Shown: positions 62,005 through 64,000 of the stretch, piece after piece
Numbering within the stretch: position 1 is the stretch's first letter
Layout: each line of letters starts with the position of its first letter
DNA from: Sphyrna mokarran
Lineage: Eukaryota
NCBI GenBank assembly: GCA_024679065.1
Contig: JAGIQG010000013.1
Location: 12,028,001-12,092,000, forward strand
Length of the DNA: 64,000 nucleotides
Direction: 5' to 3'
The notes under the pieces: generated by a model
The model's input: only the letters and a program-made list of their open reading frames with translations
What the model was told of the DNA's origin: nothing
The model's database searches: none
Translations under genes and position numbers: made by a program

Positions 62005-62316
62005 TTGTTTATTAATCAGTTACAAATAGGCTTATCTTAACACTGCAATGAAGTTACTGTGAAAATCCCCGTGTTGCCACACTCTGACACCTGTTTGGAC
62101 ACACTGAGGGAGAATCTAGCATGGCCAAAGCACTTTACACACACATCTTTGGATTGTGAGAGGAAACCTGAGCATCTGGAAGAAACCCACGCAGACACAA
62201 GGAGAACGTGCAGACTCCACACAGATAATGACCCAAGTTGGGAATCGAACTTGGGTTCTTGGCACTCTGAGACCCTGTGCCACTGAGACTCTGAGATCAC
62301 TGTGCCACTGTGCTGC
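62005..62316 (-). mobile_element. V-SINE, Rex1-type tail, inside an L2-like 3' relic (~61860-62440)
   Basis: gttactgtgaaaatcccc...ctgagggagaatctagcatgg...gggaatcgaac. Confidence 0.9.
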
Positions 62317-63576
62317 TCTGTTGCTCCTCAAACCTGCTTCTTTGAGCAAAGGTTCGGTTACCTGTGTGATTACCTCTTTTTATTTGATTACGCTCTTGGA
62401 CTTGGGACATTTTACTATGTTAAAAGCACTATATAAATTGACCATGACTTACAGTGCATCTATTTCCACACCCCTATGTTGGGTTGAAGCTGCCAACAGA
62501 AGTACAACCCTGTGCCTGCTGTATGCATATCTCTAGTGGCTTACAGTGAGTACATCTTACTGCCTGGCAACAGCACTGAATCCCTTAAAAACACAAAGTG
62601 TCATACTAGGGAAAGCTTTGATTCAGAAAATGCCTCCATGGTTGGCTTTCTACAGATATCTAGTTACGTGCTGTACAGAAATCCATCAGCAAGCTTCAGA
62701 ATTTGTGCCAAGTTACAGGTGGGGATTAATGCTGACTGGGGGTAATAGTGTAAAGTTGATAATACTGATACTACATTCCTTTTCATTCATTTTTTTATGG
62801 AAGGAAAGTCAGGAGAGAAGTCCAATGGGTGGCTGATCCAATGTGCATTTTACCGCTATCGTAAGTGGAGGGTGGGATTGCTGCACAATTGTGCAGAAGG
62901 ATGATGGAAAAGAACTGAATAGCCTCCCTCTTCTGTACTTAATTTTGAGATCCCTGCAATCTGACGGTAATACTGTGCAGGAGGAAAAGCAAAAATGTTC
63001 CATCCGCCATTACCGACAACCTTCCACCCTCGAACGGGACAAAGGAACGATTTGGGTGATTTTCCTTTTTGACAATTCCAAGCCTTTAATCAATTCACTT
63101 TCTATTGAATCCTTGAAAGGATCCAGAGCTTTCTGCTGGAGAAAACTTCCAGCTGATGATTGATGCTGCCTGTCTGAAAGAACCAGTCGTGTCCAGCGAG
63201 CGAGCAGCCTGAACACATTTGGAAAGTCCTGGGGACTCGTTTAGCATTTCCTGCAAACTCTGAACCATGAGTGATGACACCTGGTTGTGCATCTCTTATT
63301 TCTTAACTACTGTATGTGTAATTCCTCCCAGTCTATATTTTATTTTGCTGTGCTAACTGAACCATATGTTTCAGGTGAAAAGTTGCACATATTTTATTCT
63401 GGTATTTTTGGGGGCAAAATGGCAGAAAATAGTGTGTACGAATCTCTAACATATCATGTAATGTTGTAAACCTAACTCTTAGCATGCTGCTAATAGAAAA
63501 CAACGGACCTAGCTTTTAGTGCACTATTGTTGGAATAAGGCCCTAACTCTTAGCATACCTCTGCTAGAATATAACA

Positions 63577-64000
63577 TAGTAGGAAGTCTCACAACTCCAG
63601 GTTAAAGTCCACCAGGTTTATTTGGTAACACAAACTTTCATAGTGTCACTCCTTCTACAGGTGAGTGAGGAGTTGTGTTCACAAGCAGGACATATGAAGA
63701 CACAAACTCAATTTACAAGATAATGGTTGGAGTGTGAGTCTTTACAGCTAATCAAGTCTTAAAGGCATAGACAATGTGAGTGGAGAGAGGGTTAAGCACA
63801 AGTTAAAGAGATGTGTATTGTCTCCAACCAGGATAGTTAGTGAGATTTTACAAGCACAACAAACAACAATGCAGAATTGCTGAGCAGAAACTAATAGCCA
63901 AGTTCGGCACACATGAGGACGGCCTCAACCAGGATCATGGGTTCACGTCACACTATCTAACTCCCACAACTTGCCTGGGCTTGAAAAATCTCACTAACTG
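63577..64000 (+). mobile_element. Penelope-like element: inverted pLTR followed by GIY-YIG C-terminus
   Basis: 63861-63960 encodes KQQCRIAEQKLIAKFGTHEDGLNQDHGFTSHY; aatctcactaact at the window end is the rc of agttagtgagatt at ~63835. Confidence 0.85.

Noticed and set aside
62804-62860. 57-bp frame-preserving micro-exon (polypyrimidine...aAG, GTAAGT)
   Set aside because: Weak acceptor; the open frames (KVRREVQWVADPMCILPL, KSGEKSNGWLIQCAFYRY) are unrecognised. Not supportable without RNA-seq.

Overview
Eukaryotic, repeat-dominated non-coding DNA, almost certainly from an elasmobranch (shark): it carries HE1-like V-SINEs, HER1/CR1 LINEs, Rex1/Babar LINEs, DeuSINE relics and Penelope-like elements. 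I found no host protein-coding exon, rRNA, true tRNA or CRISPR array, so the window reads as a large intron or intergenic region. Every recognisable ORF is transposon-derived: CR1 RT, APE and ORF1, Rex1 RT, Gypsy RNase H/integrase, and a Penelope GIY-YIG end. The most notable signals are: (1) two independent copies of a CR1 LINE whose 3' UTR is a captured, promoter-decayed V-SINE; (2) a V-SINE subfamily whose CR1 tail is replaced by a Rex1-like tail with a compensated stem; (3) all 12 copies or tails of that subfamily lie on the minus strand; (4) hammerhead-ribozyme cores in Penelope-derived repeats; (5) a decayed Ginger/GIN-like integrase zinc domain; (6) several repeat-free candidate enhancers. 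All calls come from reading by eye. Boundaries are approximate (about +/-20 bp) and family names need RepeatMasker/Dfam confirmation.
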